Positions 9,689 to 19,864 of a stretch of 64,000 nucleotides of DNA are shown here, one piece after another. Location of the stretch: the sequence record ON529850.1; one strand, given 5' to 3'. A program made the position numbers and the translations under genes. The notes below the pieces were generated by a model. It was not told the DNA's origin, did not search any database, and saw nothing but the letters and a program-made list of their open reading frames with translations. Within the stretch, counting starts at the first letter, position 1, and each line of letters begins with the position of its first letter.

Positions 9689-10279
9689 TTAGAGGAGCTG
9701 GGCGTGTTCAAACACGGATCGGGGTTCGTCCTGGGCGCGATTCTTCCAGGCGGCGCGCGTCCGGCCGACCTGAACAAAGGACCCGTCACCCAGGACTTCA
9801 GCCAGGGCGAGGATTTCGACGCCTTCGTGCGTCGGGTAGTAGTGCATGCGAATCGCGCGAAAGCCAACGTGCTGCTGCACCGACCGAACCGCGCGCGAAC
9901 GCACCAGAGCGCGCATGGCGGACGTCACGGAGGATGCGGCGGTCGGGCCGACGTTCTCTTCCATCCAGGCACGCATTTCCGCCTGGGTGACGCCAGGATC
10001 AGTTTCACCGGCGATTCGCTTGGCGCTCCACAACTGCCACAGGCCCTTGAAGAATACCGCGTGCGGCAGATACAGGCGCGCGGCGGGTCGGCCGACCTTG
10101 CGCAGGATCACGAAGTCCGTGCGGTGCGCCGTGCCCGCTTCGCTCATCGCCTTCATACGCCCGCCCGCCGGCTTGGCGGCGATCTCTTGAGGCGTTTTCG
10201 GCGTCGTGACGCGGCGGCTGGGGCGATCCTTGACGATCGCCGAAGCGCCGTCTTCATCGGTCAGGAACGGGTCTACCAT
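9689..10279 (-). CDS. Hypothetical protein (possible winged-helix DNA-binding)
   Basis: ORF with RBS; GVTQAEMR...SVTSAMRALVR...YYPTHEG pattern. Confidence 0.6.
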   Translation of the reverse strand: MVDPFLTDEDGASAIVKDRPSRRVTTPKTPQEIAAKPAGGRMKAMSEAGTAHRTDFVILRKVGRPAARLYLPHAVFFKGLWQLWSAKRIAGETDPGVTQAEMRAWMEENVGPTAASSVTSAMRALVRSRAVRSVQQHVGFRAIRMHYYPTHEGVEILALAEVLGDGSFVQVGRTRAAWKNRAQDEPRSVFEHAQLL

Positions 10280-10299
10280 AATTTATCCAGTGTGCGCCG

Positions 10300-10385
10300 G
10301 GCACCCTAGTCGGGGGTGTTTCGTGTGTCAACGATCGAAGTCTGATGACACACATTGACGGCTTTTATGGTATGCCATAGTCCAG
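10300..10385. promoter_or_regulatory. Divergent sigma70-like promoters
   Basis: TTGACA on minus (10326-10331) and TTGACG on plus (10355-10360) with weak -10 elements. Confidence 0.4.
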
Positions 10386-10420
10386 CTTGGCTCGCAACAA
10401 ACCAGAGGACACCCTGACAT

Positions 10421-10597
10421 ATGATTGATTGGGATACGCTGCTGAACGGCGCCCCCGAAACCGAGGCGGAAACCCCGCGCCTTCAGCCCGGTAAAACCCT
10501 TGAGGCCCAATATGGTTCCTTGATCAAGGCCGGCCTGGTGCGGATCGTGCGCAAGAAGGGTCGACCGCCCAAGGTGATCTTCCTCACCCCCAAATGA
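10421..10597 (+). CDS. Small 58-aa protein with AT-hook-like KKGRPPK motif (below the ORF-track cutoff)
   Basis: AGAGGA RBS, ATG 10421, TGA 10595-10597, followed by a terminator hairpin. Confidence 0.65.
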   Translation: MIDWDTLLNGAPETEAETPRLQPGKTLEAQYGSLIKAGLVRIVRKKGRPPKVIFLTPK

Positions 10598-10630
10598 AAA
10601 AGTCCCCCGGAGCATGCTCCGGGGGACCTC
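10598..10630. terminator. Intrinsic terminator hairpin
   Basis: GTCCCCCGGAGCATGCTCCGGGGGAC inverted repeat with A-tract. Confidence 0.75.
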
Positions 10631-10674
10631 CATCCAAGCGTCCCATCCGCCTGGATTGTCCACGAACGACCCAA

Positions 10675-13600
10675 TCAGGCAGCGTCTTGGGTCGGCTCCG
10701 TGTGTTCGTCGTGCCGCGACAGGTTGTAGACCGGGTCGCCTTCGGCGTCCGAGCCCGAGCGGATCACATACTGGATGTTGTTGAACACGAAGACGCGGCC
10801 ATTCAGGGCATGCAGCTTCTTGGGGAAGCGCTGCTTCTTCTGGTCGTCGTTGTTGCCTTCGATGATGTCCATCTCCATCGCCATGGCGTGCTCGAACAGC
10901 TTCGAGGGCGAGACCTTCTCGAAGGTGAACTTGCGCAGCCATTCACGGACGAACGCCTTGTTGGCGGATTCTTCCATGTCAGCGGCGGCCGGGGGACGGT
11001 TGTTCAGGAACCCTTCAACGCCTGCGCACATCAGCACGCCGCCGACCTTGCGCGACCAGTCCTCGAACGAGGCCCGACGGCGATCCTCGAACATCGGCAT
11101 GCCCGAATCGATCCAATACTGAATCAGGGTCAGGATGTGGCCGATGATGATGGCGCGGTTGTCGGTCACGAACCCGGCGAAGTTGTCGTGCTTGAACTTG
11201 CGTTTCTGGATGTCCGGCGTCAGGGCGTTCAGACGCACCCAGCAGATGCGCCGTTCCATTTCGGAACGGACGTGCGGGTTGTTGCCGGTGGCGACCCAGT
11301 TGAACAGGTTCGGCCGGCTGACGTTGCGCGACACCCCCAACATGCGCCCGCCGATCTCCTGGGCGGTGATCGACTGGAGCAAGGAGCGGTTGTTGAAATC
11401 GACGACGTCGTCGAAGAACAGGTGCGAACGGGTTTCGATGATCGCCGCCAGCAGCGCCTTCTGCATCTCTTCCTCGTTCTGCGTGTAGCGCATCGGCGCG
11501 CTCTCGGCGCCGTCGAAGATCAGCATCGGCAGCTTGCCCAGCAGGGTGCCGCCGGTCCCCGGCGTCGGCTTGGCGACGAAGAAGACCGGGGTGCAGCCGT
11601 TGATCATGCGCCGCATGAAGGGCGTGATGATCATGGCGAGACAGTTGGCCTCGCTGGGCGCCCGGCTTTCGACGTCGTTCAGGTCGTAGTCGAGGAAGGG
11701 GAAGTCGACCAGGACTTCGTTGCGCAGGAAGTTGATGGCGTCTTCCACGTCCTGGGCGTTCGGCTGCACAGGGACATCGACGCTGAACTTGGTGTTCGCC
11801 ATCAGCAGGTTGAGCTCCGGCTTGTAACCCGGCGTCACCACCAGCGATCCATCGGCGGTGAACAGCGGCGTATAGATGATCTCCGGCGACTGGGGCAGTT
11901 CGGTGTAGGCCTGCTCCAGCACGTATTTCGACACCGCTTCGGGCACCGGATCACGCGTGCCGTCGCCTTGATCGGTTCGGCGCATGAAGGTCATGCGGCG
12001 GTTCAGCTCCGCCCACAGCCCGTCCTTGTCCAGGGTGTCGAAGGAGATTCGACCGGCCTGGTTGCGGGTCAGCCGCACCAGCTGGTCCTGCACGCAGCTG
12101 AACACCGGTTCCTGATCCCGCTCATTGGTCTTGAGCAGGGTCTTGAAGCAGGCGTCGAACGCTTCGTCGAAGTTGAAGTCGTTCTCATAGGCGAACACGA
12201 AGCGACCCTTGGGGTCCTTGATGTCCGCCTTGATGTTGCTCTCCTTGGTCATCTCACGCTGCTCAAGCTTGAGCATCTTCTTCAGATTCGGCTCGGTGAC
12301 GCCGAGCTTCTTCTTCAGTTTGGCGTGGATCAGGGTGGCGGCGCGGGGGTTCAGATTGGCGTTGATGACCGCGCGCATCGCCTCAGTGACCTGGGCGTCG
12401 CTGGAGGTTTCTTCCAGGGCGTCGACCAGGCGCTCATAGTCCGCGCGGGCGTCTTCTTCCTGGATGATCTTGGCCGCTTCGGGCGACGCCGGTTCGGCGC
12501 CCTCTTCCAGCAGGGCGTTATAAGCCTCATCGTTGATCAGCTCTTCATCGAACCAGCCGTCCTCGATCATCTTGCCGAGGAAGTCCAGGTTGGTGCGTTC
12601 CGCACACGAATCGTGCTGGCACTTCAGGGTGAAGATGTCGCTGGGTCCGTCACCGGCGTTGACCGCGAAGCATGCACGATCTTCCGGATCGCCCGCATTG
12701 GAGTGTTCGTCATCGAACGGGCATTCGATGTCGATCTTGTTCGCTCCGTTGGTGCGGATGCGGTCCTCGGCGTGGTCGCGAATCAGATCGACGATCTGGA
12801 AACCGCCCGCGCATTTGATCGACCACTTGCCCAGCTTGCGGCCCTTCTCGGTCGTCGATTTGGACTTGGTCTTCGCCTTGTCCTCGCCTTCCGAGACGTC
12901 GTTCAGCAGTTGGGCTTCGTAGGAGCCGGGGTCAAGGGCCTCGCCCTCTCCATTCAGCTCCAGATCGCGCCAGTTCAGCAGAGGCCCGCCGACGAAGCTC
13001 GTATCGAACGGCAGTCCGGCAGGGTGACGGGGGAAATAGAACAGGCGCGACGGGTCGACCGCCGATTTATCCATCACCAGGCCCAGCGAACGCGCCAAGG
13101 CGCGGCAGAGGTCGCCCCACTTGCGCATGCCTTCTTCGTGCGTCCGCGCATCAAAGGCCGGCGCAAAGGGCTCCGCCAGCGGCAGAACGATGCGGTGCTT
13201 GGGGAAGGGGTCGTGGCTGAAGAAGGCCATCAGGCCTTCGGGCAGCTGCTCATCGCCGATGTATTCGACCGACGCGATCAGGGCTTCGTCCCAGTGTTCC
13301 TCTTCACGCAGGAAGCGCGCCAGGTCTTCCGGATCGGAGACGTCCGCGTTGTTCTTGTCCGCCCATTTGACCAGGCGGTTCTTGGGGAATCGGCTCTTGG
13401 TCTTGCCGTTGCTGTGCGTGGTGTAGCGCACCGCCAGGCAGCCCAGCTCCTTCAGCGCCGCGTCGATCACCGCGCCGGTCACGCCGACGTCGATGTCCAG
13501 GCCAATACCGTAGCACTTCGACACGGCGGTCTTCTTACGCTGATCACCCAGGATTTCGGCCAGGACGAAGGCGAAACCGTCCTTGTGCGGGCTGACGTGG

Positions 13601-14283
13601 TGTTCGCTGAGCAATCCCAGGAAGTTGGCGACCGACATGGTCTTGGGCGCCCACTTCTTGGAATCCACCCCGGCGCCGATGGAGATCACCATCTCCTGGG
13701 CGTAGGCGGGGTCTTCCAGGTCAAGCGGCGTGAGCAGGCGCGCGTCCTTGATCTGTCCGTAGTCTTCGGATTCCCACGGCGCGGCGGCGTCGGCAGTGAC
13801 CGGCTGAACCGCTTCCGGCAGCTCCGCCGGCGCATAGAGTTCGTCGATCTCCTGGACGGTGGTGAAGACGTCAGGGTCGCAGTGCAGCATGTCCCAGCCG
13901 TTGGCGCCCGGCGTCGGGATGGGATCGTTCAGATCGACGCCCATGTCCGCCGCCAGCGCGTCCAGATTCTCGCTGTGTGCGGCCGGTTCTTGCAGGGCGT
14001 AGACCAGAATCATCGTCCCATCCTTGAACAGGACGGCGGTCGGCTTCAGGCGTTCGTCTTGCCACTGGTCCTCGACCGCATTATCCATGACGGTGTAGAG
14101 GAAGGGGGCCTCGCCGCTCTGCGTGAGCGGGGCCAGATAGATCGGTTCTTCAGCGGCGTCTTCGACCGCTCGGGAAAGGTCTTCAGGCCCATCCAGATCA
14201 ACGGTTCTGTCACCGTAAACAAGGCGAATAGGGTCTTGGGAGCCGGCGAACAGGGCCGACAGGAAATCGTTCAGGGCTGCCAT
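10675..14283 (-). CDS. Large multidomain primase/helicase-like replication protein
   Basis: Primase-like central region (RYTTHS, RIVLPL, D..RLFYFP), Zn finger CPFDDEH...CQHDSC, C-terminal P-loop-like PGTGGT and Walker B LFFDDV; ATG 14283. Confidence 0.7.
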   Translation of the reverse strand: MAALNDFLSALFAGSQDPIRLVYGDRTVDLDGPEDLSRAVEDAAEEPIYLAPLTQSGEAPFLYTVMDNAVEDQWQDERLKPTAVLFKDGTMILVYALQEPAAHSENLDALAADMGVDLNDPIPTPGANGWDMLHCDPDVFTTVQEIDELYAPAELPEAVQPVTADAAAPWESEDYGQIKDARLLTPLDLEDPAYAQEMVISIGAGVDSKKWAPKTMSVANFLGLLSEHHVSPHKDGFAFVLAEILGDQRKKTAVSKCYGIGLDIDVGVTGAVIDAALKELGCLAVRYTTHSNGKTKSRFPKNRLVKWADKNNADVSDPEDLARFLREEEHWDEALIASVEYIGDEQLPEGLMAFFSHDPFPKHRIVLPLAEPFAPAFDARTHEEGMRKWGDLCRALARSLGLVMDKSAVDPSRLFYFPRHPAGLPFDTSFVGGPLLNWRDLELNGEGEALDPGSYEAQLLNDVSEGEDKAKTKSKSTTEKGRKLGKWSIKCAGGFQIVDLIRDHAEDRIRTNGANKIDIECPFDDEHSNAGDPEDRACFAVNAGDGPSDIFTLKCQHDSCAERTNLDFLGKMIEDGWFDEELINDEAYNALLEEGAEPASPEAAKIIQEEDARADYERLVDALEETSSDAQVTEAMRAVINANLNPRAATLIHAKLKKKLGVTEPNLKKMLKLEQREMTKESNIKADIKDPKGRFVFAYENDFNFDEAFDACFKTLLKTNERDQEPVFSCVQDQLVRLTRNQAGRISFDTLDKDGLWAELNRRMTFMRRTDQGDGTRDPVPEAVSKYVLEQAYTELPQSPEIIYTPLFTADGSLVVTPGYKPELNLLMANTKFSVDVPVQPNAQDVEDAINFLRNEVLVDFPFLDYDLNDVESRAPSEANCLAMIITPFMRRMINGCTPVFFVAKPTPGTGGTLLGKLPMLIFDGAESAPMRYTQNEEEMQKALLAAIIETRSHLFFDDVVDFNNRSLLQSITAQEIGGRMLGVSRNVSRPNLFNWVATGNNPHVRSEMERRICWVRLNALTPDIQKRKFKHDNFAGFVTDNRAIIIGHILTLIQYWIDSGMPMFEDRRRASFEDWSRKVGGVLMCAGVEGFLNNRPPAAADMEESANKAFVREWLRKFTFEKVSPSKLFEHAMAMEMDIIEGNNDDQKKQRFPKKLHALNGRVFVFNNIQYVIRSGSDAEGDPVYNLSRHDEHTEPTQDAA

Positions 14284-14392
14284 ACACGGATCGGGGTAAA
14301 GGGGACGAACAAGGGTGGGGCCTCGTGTGTGAGGCCGCACCCTCGTCCATATTCATCCCTTTGTCAAGTTTTCCAACGGTGTATGTCGGGAT

Positions 14393-15073
14393 TTACGCCC
14401 AGGCTTCGACCAGGCTCCGCTGCGCCTTGCTCGGCTCGATATAGGCGGCGGTGGTTTCCAGGCTCTTGTGCCCGGCCATCATCTGCACGTCACGCAAGGA
14501 ACAGCCGTGATTGTTGGCGACCTGGGCGCGCGAAGTGATGAAGGTGCGGCGCCCGCTGTGCGAGGTCGCGCCGTTCATCCCTGCCGTGGCGTAGAGGCGG
14601 CGGAAGAACTGCACCACCGCATTGGCCGAGACCGAACCTTCGACGAAGTTCTTGTCGACCGTGCGAATGACCTGATCGGTGTCGGCCGATTGCAGGACTT
14701 CGCCGGATTCCGACTTGACCGGCACGGTGCGGCGCTGGTTGTTATGCAGGGCGTAGAAGACGTATTCGGCTTCGGGGCGCGCACGGCGCAGACGGCGCAG
14801 CAGCTTGACGGTTTCACCGTCCAGCGGAACGACCCGTTCCACCGCGCGCTTGCCGACGTCACTGGTGATGTGGACTTCGCCGCGCACGGCTCCCGTGGCG
14901 TCCAGGATGTTGTTGGCCCAGCGCAGTCCGGCGATTTCCTTTGCGCGCAGACCGGCGTAGAAGGACAGACGCAGCGCCACCTCATCACGCAGGGCGTGTT
15001 CGGTGCGACGCACGACGTCAACGACCTTCTTGTATTGGGCCGGGGTCAGAGTTTTTGCGCGTTTGACAGCCAT
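14393..15073 (-). CDS. Tyrosine recombinase (catalytic domain only, XerC-like)
   Basis: GLRAKEI (R), HSGRRTF (HxxR), GHKSLETTAAY (H, Y). Confidence 0.9.
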   Translation of the reverse strand: MAVKRAKTLTPAQYKKVVDVVRRTEHALRDEVALRLSFYAGLRAKEIAGLRWANNILDATGAVRGEVHITSDVGKRAVERVVPLDGETVKLLRRLRRARPEAEYVFYALHNNQRRTVPVKSESGEVLQSADTDQVIRTVDKNFVEGSVSANAVVQFFRRLYATAGMNGATSHSGRRTFITSRAQVANNHGCSLRDVQMMAGHKSLETTAAYIEPSKAQRSLVEAWA

Positions 15074-15150
15074 TGGTGTCCTCCATGTCTAATCGTCATG
15101 GAGTCACATAAAGCGGTTTTAGGTGACTGTCAACACTCTCGCGCCAAAAC

Positions 15151-15537
15151 TCACCCGGTGTAGACGACGCCTTCTCCAGGCCCGTCGATCGTCACGGTCG
15201 CGGCCGCTTCCACGCCGGTTACCCCATCACGGAATTTCCGACGATGTTCCGCCTTGGCGCTTTTCAGCGCGCGCGGCAGTTTGGCGAGCGCCTCGCCCGA
15301 GAAGGTCTTGTCGAAATGGGCGGTGAAGTGGGCGATGGCGGCGTCCAGCCGCATGTCCGTCTTCACCTGGAAGATCGGCACGTCTTCATGGACGAACTGG
15401 GTCCATTTGATCCGGCGTTGGCCCTGGATGTCATAGCCCGGCCGGATGACATGGAACATCTCGCCGCCCATGATGAAGCCGCCGACCTTATGGGCCTTGA
15501 TGGCCCCGTCGTAAAGCGGGATGGTCTTGGCGCTCAT
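15151..15537 (-). CDS. Hypothetical protein
   Basis: ORF overlapping the upstream stop (ATGA). Confidence 0.6.
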   Translation of the reverse strand: MSAKTIPLYDGAIKAHKVGGFIMGGEMFHVIRPGYDIQGQRRIKWTQFVHEDVPIFQVKTDMRLDAAIAHFTAHFDKTFSGEALAKLPRALKSAKAEHRRKFRDGVTGVEAAATVTIDGPGEGVVYTG

Positions 15538-15980
15538 TGCAGGGTCCGCGAATCCGCCACCACCGTGCCGTTCTCCCGCAGGTGCAGTTTTCGATGGAAG
15601 GCCTGCGCCCAGTGCTCCGCCTCGGCGTGTTGACGCCAGGCGTCGCCTTGCAGCAAGGCCGGCTCCTCGCGGAACAGGCTGACGAAGAAACGTCGGCGCA
15701 GCTCGCACAGATAGAGGCCTGCATAGAGCTTGGAAGCGTCGTCGCTGACCATCCAGTCCTCGACCGTGAAGGGCATGTCCAGGTGAATCAGCTCCGGATC
15801 AAGGCCCAGGGCGACGCCGATGAAACGCACCTTGCCGGCGTTGCTGATCCCGGTCGTGAAGGCTTCGTCGGCGTTTTCATCCTGGATCAGCTTGGCGTGG
15901 AGATCGCCATAGCGATGGGCGAAACTGAGCGGCATGGTGGGGCCTTGCGGTTTCGTTTTTCGCGGTTCAGACACAGTCAC
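15534..15980 (-). CDS. Hypothetical protein
   Basis: ORF with GAGGT RBS. Confidence 0.6.
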   Translation of the reverse strand: MTVSEPRKTKPQGPTMPLSFAHRYGDLHAKLIQDENADEAFTTGISNAGKVRFIGVALGLDPELIHLDMPFTVEDWMVSDDASKLYAGLYLCELRRRFFVSLFREEPALLQGDAWRQHAEAEHWAQAFHRKLHLRENGTVVADSRTLQ

Positions 15981-16170
15981 CTCAAATCAGTCAGAAGCCT
16001 GCGACGCAACGCGGCTTCTTTCCAGCAAGTGTGGCGGCGGACGTCGGATACGTCAAGAAATCCGTTGGTGAATGTGGCGATGGCTGACGTTCACCGTTGA
16101 CAGACCGACGCCAGAAAGCGTATCGCTGGCGCCTACTGACACCTGTTCGCCTTAAATCCCGGAGTAGGCC

Positions 16171-18321
16171 TTGCTCTTCCCCAATTCGACCGCGCAGCTT
16201 ATCGCCGACGGCGTTCTCGAAGTTCATCGGTCCTCGACCAAGACGTCCCGCAAGACCCTGCGGATGCAGATCGACGAAATCTACTCCAACAAAATCGAAT
16301 CGATCGTGCGTGAAATCACGGCGAATGCGTTCGATTCCCATCTGCGCGCAAAACAGCTCTCCCGCGCCTTCTTCGTGCATGCGCCGACGGCGACCCGTCC
16401 GGAGTTCTACGTGCGCGATTACGGCGTCGGCATGACCCACCAGGTCATGACCCAGGGATATATCGTCATCGGCCACTCCGATAAGGATCAGTCGAACGAT
16501 GAGGTGGGGATGTGGGGCCTGGGGTCCAAGGTGCCGTTCGCCTACAGCGACCACTATACCATCGCCTGTTATGATGGCGAGCGCGTGCGCCATTACGGCT
16601 ATGCGATTGCCGAAGACGGCGTGCCCGACCTGATGCTGATGAGCGACGAACCCTGCGACGAGCCGGCGGGAGTGCGAATCGGTCTGGCGGTCGAGGCCAA
16701 GGATTTCGAAGCCTTCGCCAAGGCGGTGCGCCGCATTCACATGGCGCACAAGGGCGGTTTCGAGACCAATGTGAAGGACCTGAACGGCGGTAAGGCGATC
16801 TTCAACGGTGCGGACTGGACGGCCTATTCCGACCTGGGCGACATGATGTCGGGGTGGCAGACGCCGCGTATTTTCGCGCGCCAAGGTTGCGTCCTCTACC
16901 CGGTCCACCACGACAAGATCACCTCGCTGTCGACCTCGTCCCGTGAACATCGATTCATTCTGGATTGCCCCATCGGGTCGATCCGCATGACGCCGTCGCG
17001 TGAAGCGATCCAATATGACGACGCGGTGGTGAGCTACCTCAACGACCGGCTTCAGCGCGTGCATGACGAAACGGCGGACGCCGTGTGGGCGAAGATCAAG
17101 GACATCCCCACGGCGCCGGCCTTCTTCACCGCCTTGGCGTCCATCAAGCCGGATTACGTGAAGCGGTCCTACGAACATCCCGCCAGCGGCCTGACCAGCG
17201 CGTCTCTGACGGTCGACGGGCACCAGTCCATCATGGATGTGACCTACAGCCCGAACTCCGATCAGTGGACGTTCAAGCACCACACCACGAAGGCGTTGGC
17301 GCAGTTCAGCAAGGCGCAAGTGATCCTGCTCAACGACATCAATCCCCTGCTCGACCCCTCGCGGAACGAGAACACGCAAGGGGACGACGGAAGCTGGATG
17401 ACGCGCAGCGAAGATCGGCGTCTTGCCCGTTTCCTGCGCGCCTACCTGACCCGTGAGGTCAAGGAAGAACGGGTGACGTCCATGTTCACCGGTGAAAAGC
17501 CCTTCATCGTCCTGCTGAACATGGCCTATACGCCGGAACAGCAGAAAGCCATTTTCGGCGACGCCCTGGTCTCGGCGGTGACGTTCGACGACTTGCGCGA
17601 GGCCCTGCCCAAGCGTGCCCTGCCGCCGCAAACGTCAAGTCTTCCGCCGATCAAGGGTCTGGCGTTGGCTAAGGCGGCGGGGGAACAACGTCCCGTCTTC
17701 ACGTTGGAGCCGGTGCAGCCTGGGCAAGCCTGGATCAAGGGCGAAGTCTATCGCCACCACGCCAGCGCGCTTTTCAAGGTCGCTCGGTCGTTCGACATCA
17801 CCCACCTCTACATTGTCGGTGGCGACGAGGTCGAACAGAAGATGACCGAACATGGCGTGCCGCCTCTGGCGGATGCTGTGCATGACTTCTTCGCCAAACA
17901 GGGATTGACGATCGGAGATTGGCACGGCTTGCGCAATATGTCGCACTCGCTGAAATCCTATCGCACCTGGCTGCGCGAGGCCGATAAGGCGGCGCCGGCG
18001 GCGGTGAAGTCCCTGATGAAGCGTGAAGGGCTGGTGAGCGACGTCACCGGCGGCCTGATGCGTTCCTTGCACTTCGAACTGCCGGACATGACGCCGGAAC
18101 AGGAAAAGGCGACCAATGCGCTTCTGGGCGTGTCGAAGACGTCTTCCGAAGACCTGCGCCTGGCGGAAGCCGCCTGGATCAAGGCAACGCAGGACTACTA
18201 TCACCCAAGCGGCGCCTTCCTGAAAGCGCTTCAGGCCGGGCATGGCAAGGAGCAGCACGCCGCTACCTTGTCCTTGCTGGGCACCTTGCAATCCAAACTC
18301 CCCTTCGACGTCAAGTTCTGA
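16171..18321 (+). CDS. rIIA: rIIA-like protein (GHKL/HATPase N-terminus)
   Basis: IVREITANAFDSH, VRDYGVGM, GMWGLGSKVPFAYS; GGAGTAGG RBS; followed by rIIB. Confidence 0.88.
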   Translation: MLFPNSTAQLIADGVLEVHRSSTKTSRKTLRMQIDEIYSNKIESIVREITANAFDSHLRAKQLSRAFFVHAPTATRPEFYVRDYGVGMTHQVMTQGYIVIGHSDKDQSNDEVGMWGLGSKVPFAYSDHYTIACYDGERVRHYGYAIAEDGVPDLMLMSDEPCDEPAGVRIGLAVEAKDFEAFAKAVRRIHMAHKGGFETNVKDLNGGKAIFNGADWTAYSDLGDMMSGWQTPRIFARQGCVLYPVHHDKITSLSTSSREHRFILDCPIGSIRMTPSREAIQYDDAVVSYLNDRLQRVHDETADAVWAKIKDIPTAPAFFTALASIKPDYVKRSYEHPASGLTSASLTVDGHQSIMDVTYSPNSDQWTFKHHTTKALAQFSKAQVILLNDINPLLDPSRNENTQGDDGSWMTRSEDRRLARFLRAYLTREVKEERVTSMFTGEKPFIVLLNMAYTPEQQKAIFGDALVSAVTFDDLREALPKRALPPQTSSLPPIKGLALAKAAGEQRPVFTLEPVQPGQAWIKGEVYRHHASALFKVARSFDITHLYIVGGDEVEQKMTEHGVPPLADAVHDFFAKQGLTIGDWHGLRNMSHSLKSYRTWLREADKAAPAAVKSLMKREGLVSDVTGGLMRSLHFELPDMTPEQEKATNALLGVSKTSSEDLRLAEAAWIKATQDYYHPSGAFLKALQAGHGKEQHAATLSLLGTLQSKLPFDVKF

Positions 18322-18328
18322 GATCGAC

Positions 18329-19864
18329 ATGACCCAACCTCCCTCGAAACTTCGCCTGGCGTCGATGATCAGCGCCGACCGCGTCAGCATCCTGCTGAAC
18401 GGCCAATGGCGAGGCTTCCACCGCCATTCTCAACAGGGCGCCGCCCTGGCTGAACTGCTGCGTCAAGACCCCCAGCCGATCGACCAGATCGCGCAGCTGG
18501 CGGACGTCATCACCTGGGTCGCCAAGCAGTCCAACGGCCGGGTCACGGTCGATGAACAGGATCGCCTGTATCTGGACAAGAAGCCGATCGACTATGGTCT
18601 GTCGGGCCGCGTGGCGCTGCTGATCGAACAGGGCATGTCGTTCAACGCCCTGGCGCGGTTCATCGAAAACGTGGCGGAAAATCCGGACAAGTCCGTCGCC
18701 GAAGACCTTTACCGCTTCCTCGAAAAGGGCTCGATGCCGATTGATGAGGATGGCTATTTCTTCGTCTTCAAGAAGGTCGATGAAGGCTACCGTTCCTACG
18801 CCAGCGGCGTGGAGCAGGTGCGCGTGACCTTGGCGAACGGCGAAGTGGTCGTGGAGAAGGGGCGCATCCTCTATCCGGTCGGCGGCGTGGTCGAGATGAA
18901 CCGCGAGGACTGCGATCCCAACCGGCAACAAACCTGCTCGCGTGGACTGCACGGCTGTTCACCGAAATACCTGAACTTCTGGTATCGCCAGTCGGGTCGG
19001 GTCCTGGTCGGCCGCGTCAACCCCGCTCACGTCACCTCCATTCCGGCAGATCACGACGATCAGAAGCTGCGCTGCTGCCGGATGGAGGTCCTGGCGGAGA
19101 TCGACGAGGCGGAAGCCGCCGCCCACTTCCCGACCGCCGTCGAAGCGCGCTACGCCCCGACCTACCCGTCCTGGAACCTGTCGGACGCCGGGCGCCTGGC
19201 AGGCGGTCCGCCACTGGATGAGATGGGCCGCAAGATGGGATGGCTCAATCTCGCGGACGCCGACGCGGCGCCGAACATGGTCTGGGCCGCCCTGGAGCCG
19301 GAAGCGGCTCAAGGTGGTGAAGGTCATTTCGAAAAGGTCGACGGCCCGCTGGTCTTCGTGAAGATGGCGGACGAAGAAGAAGACGAGACGCCGTTTGATC
19401 CGCGCCGGTGCGGCTACGACGAAGGGTTCACCTTCGGCCGCCAGGACAAGGCGAACGGCTATGATGCGGACTCGACGATCCTGAAGGAACCGGGCAACCT
19501 GACGGCGGACCAGCTCCTGGCCTACCGCGACGGCTACAGCGAAGGCTATGTGCGCGGCTATGGCGAACCCGCCGATGAAACCCTGGCGGACGGGGACGGC
19601 GAAGGGCGCTGGACCCTGGCGCGCGCCATCCAGGAAGGGCGCGAAAACGGCGAGGCGGAAGGCATCAGCGACCATTCCTCGGGGATTTACTACAACGACC
19701 CCTGGGATCGCGCCGATGCACGTTCCAACCTGCACGACTGGTTGGCGGATTTCACCGGTTCGGCCGCTACGGCGAACGATCACGCGTTCGCTTCGGCCTA
19801 TGACCGCGCCTACCGGACGACTTATCACACGACCTGGCATGCGCAGGAAGACGGCGCCGCCTGA
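18329..19864 (+). CDS. rIIB: rIIB-like protein with acidic C-terminal extension
   Basis: LYRFLEKGSMPIDEDGYFFVFKKV, CDPNRQQTCSRGLH, HVTSIP. Confidence 0.88.
   Translation: MTQPPSKLRLASMISADRVSILLNGQWRGFHRHSQQGAALAELLRQDPQPIDQIAQLADVITWVAKQSNGRVTVDEQDRLYLDKKPIDYGLSGRVALLIEQGMSFNALARFIENVAENPDKSVAEDLYRFLEKGSMPIDEDGYFFVFKKVDEGYRSYASGVEQVRVTLANGEVVVEKGRILYPVGGVVEMNREDCDPNRQQTCSRGLHGCSPKYLNFWYRQSGRVLVGRVNPAHVTSIPADHDDQKLRCCRMEVLAEIDEAEAAAHFPTAVEARYAPTYPSWNLSDAGRLAGGPPLDEMGRKMGWLNLADADAAPNMVWAALEPEAAQGGEGHFEKVDGPLVFVKMADEEEDETPFDPRRCGYDEGFTFGRQDKANGYDADSTILKEPGNLTADQLLAYRDGYSEGYVRGYGEPADETLADGDGEGRWTLARAIQEGRENGEAEGISDHSSGIYYNDPWDRADARSNLHDWLADFTGSAATANDHAFASAYDRAYRTTYHTTWHAQEDGAA

Noticed and set aside
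10594-14538. Very long antisense ORFs (e.g. 1314 aa at 10594-14538, 861 aa at 56099-58684, 883 aa at 38441-41092, 535 aa at 998-2605)
   Set aside because: They mirror real genes on the opposite strand, an expected artefact of GC3-biased codons; no motifs or RBS.
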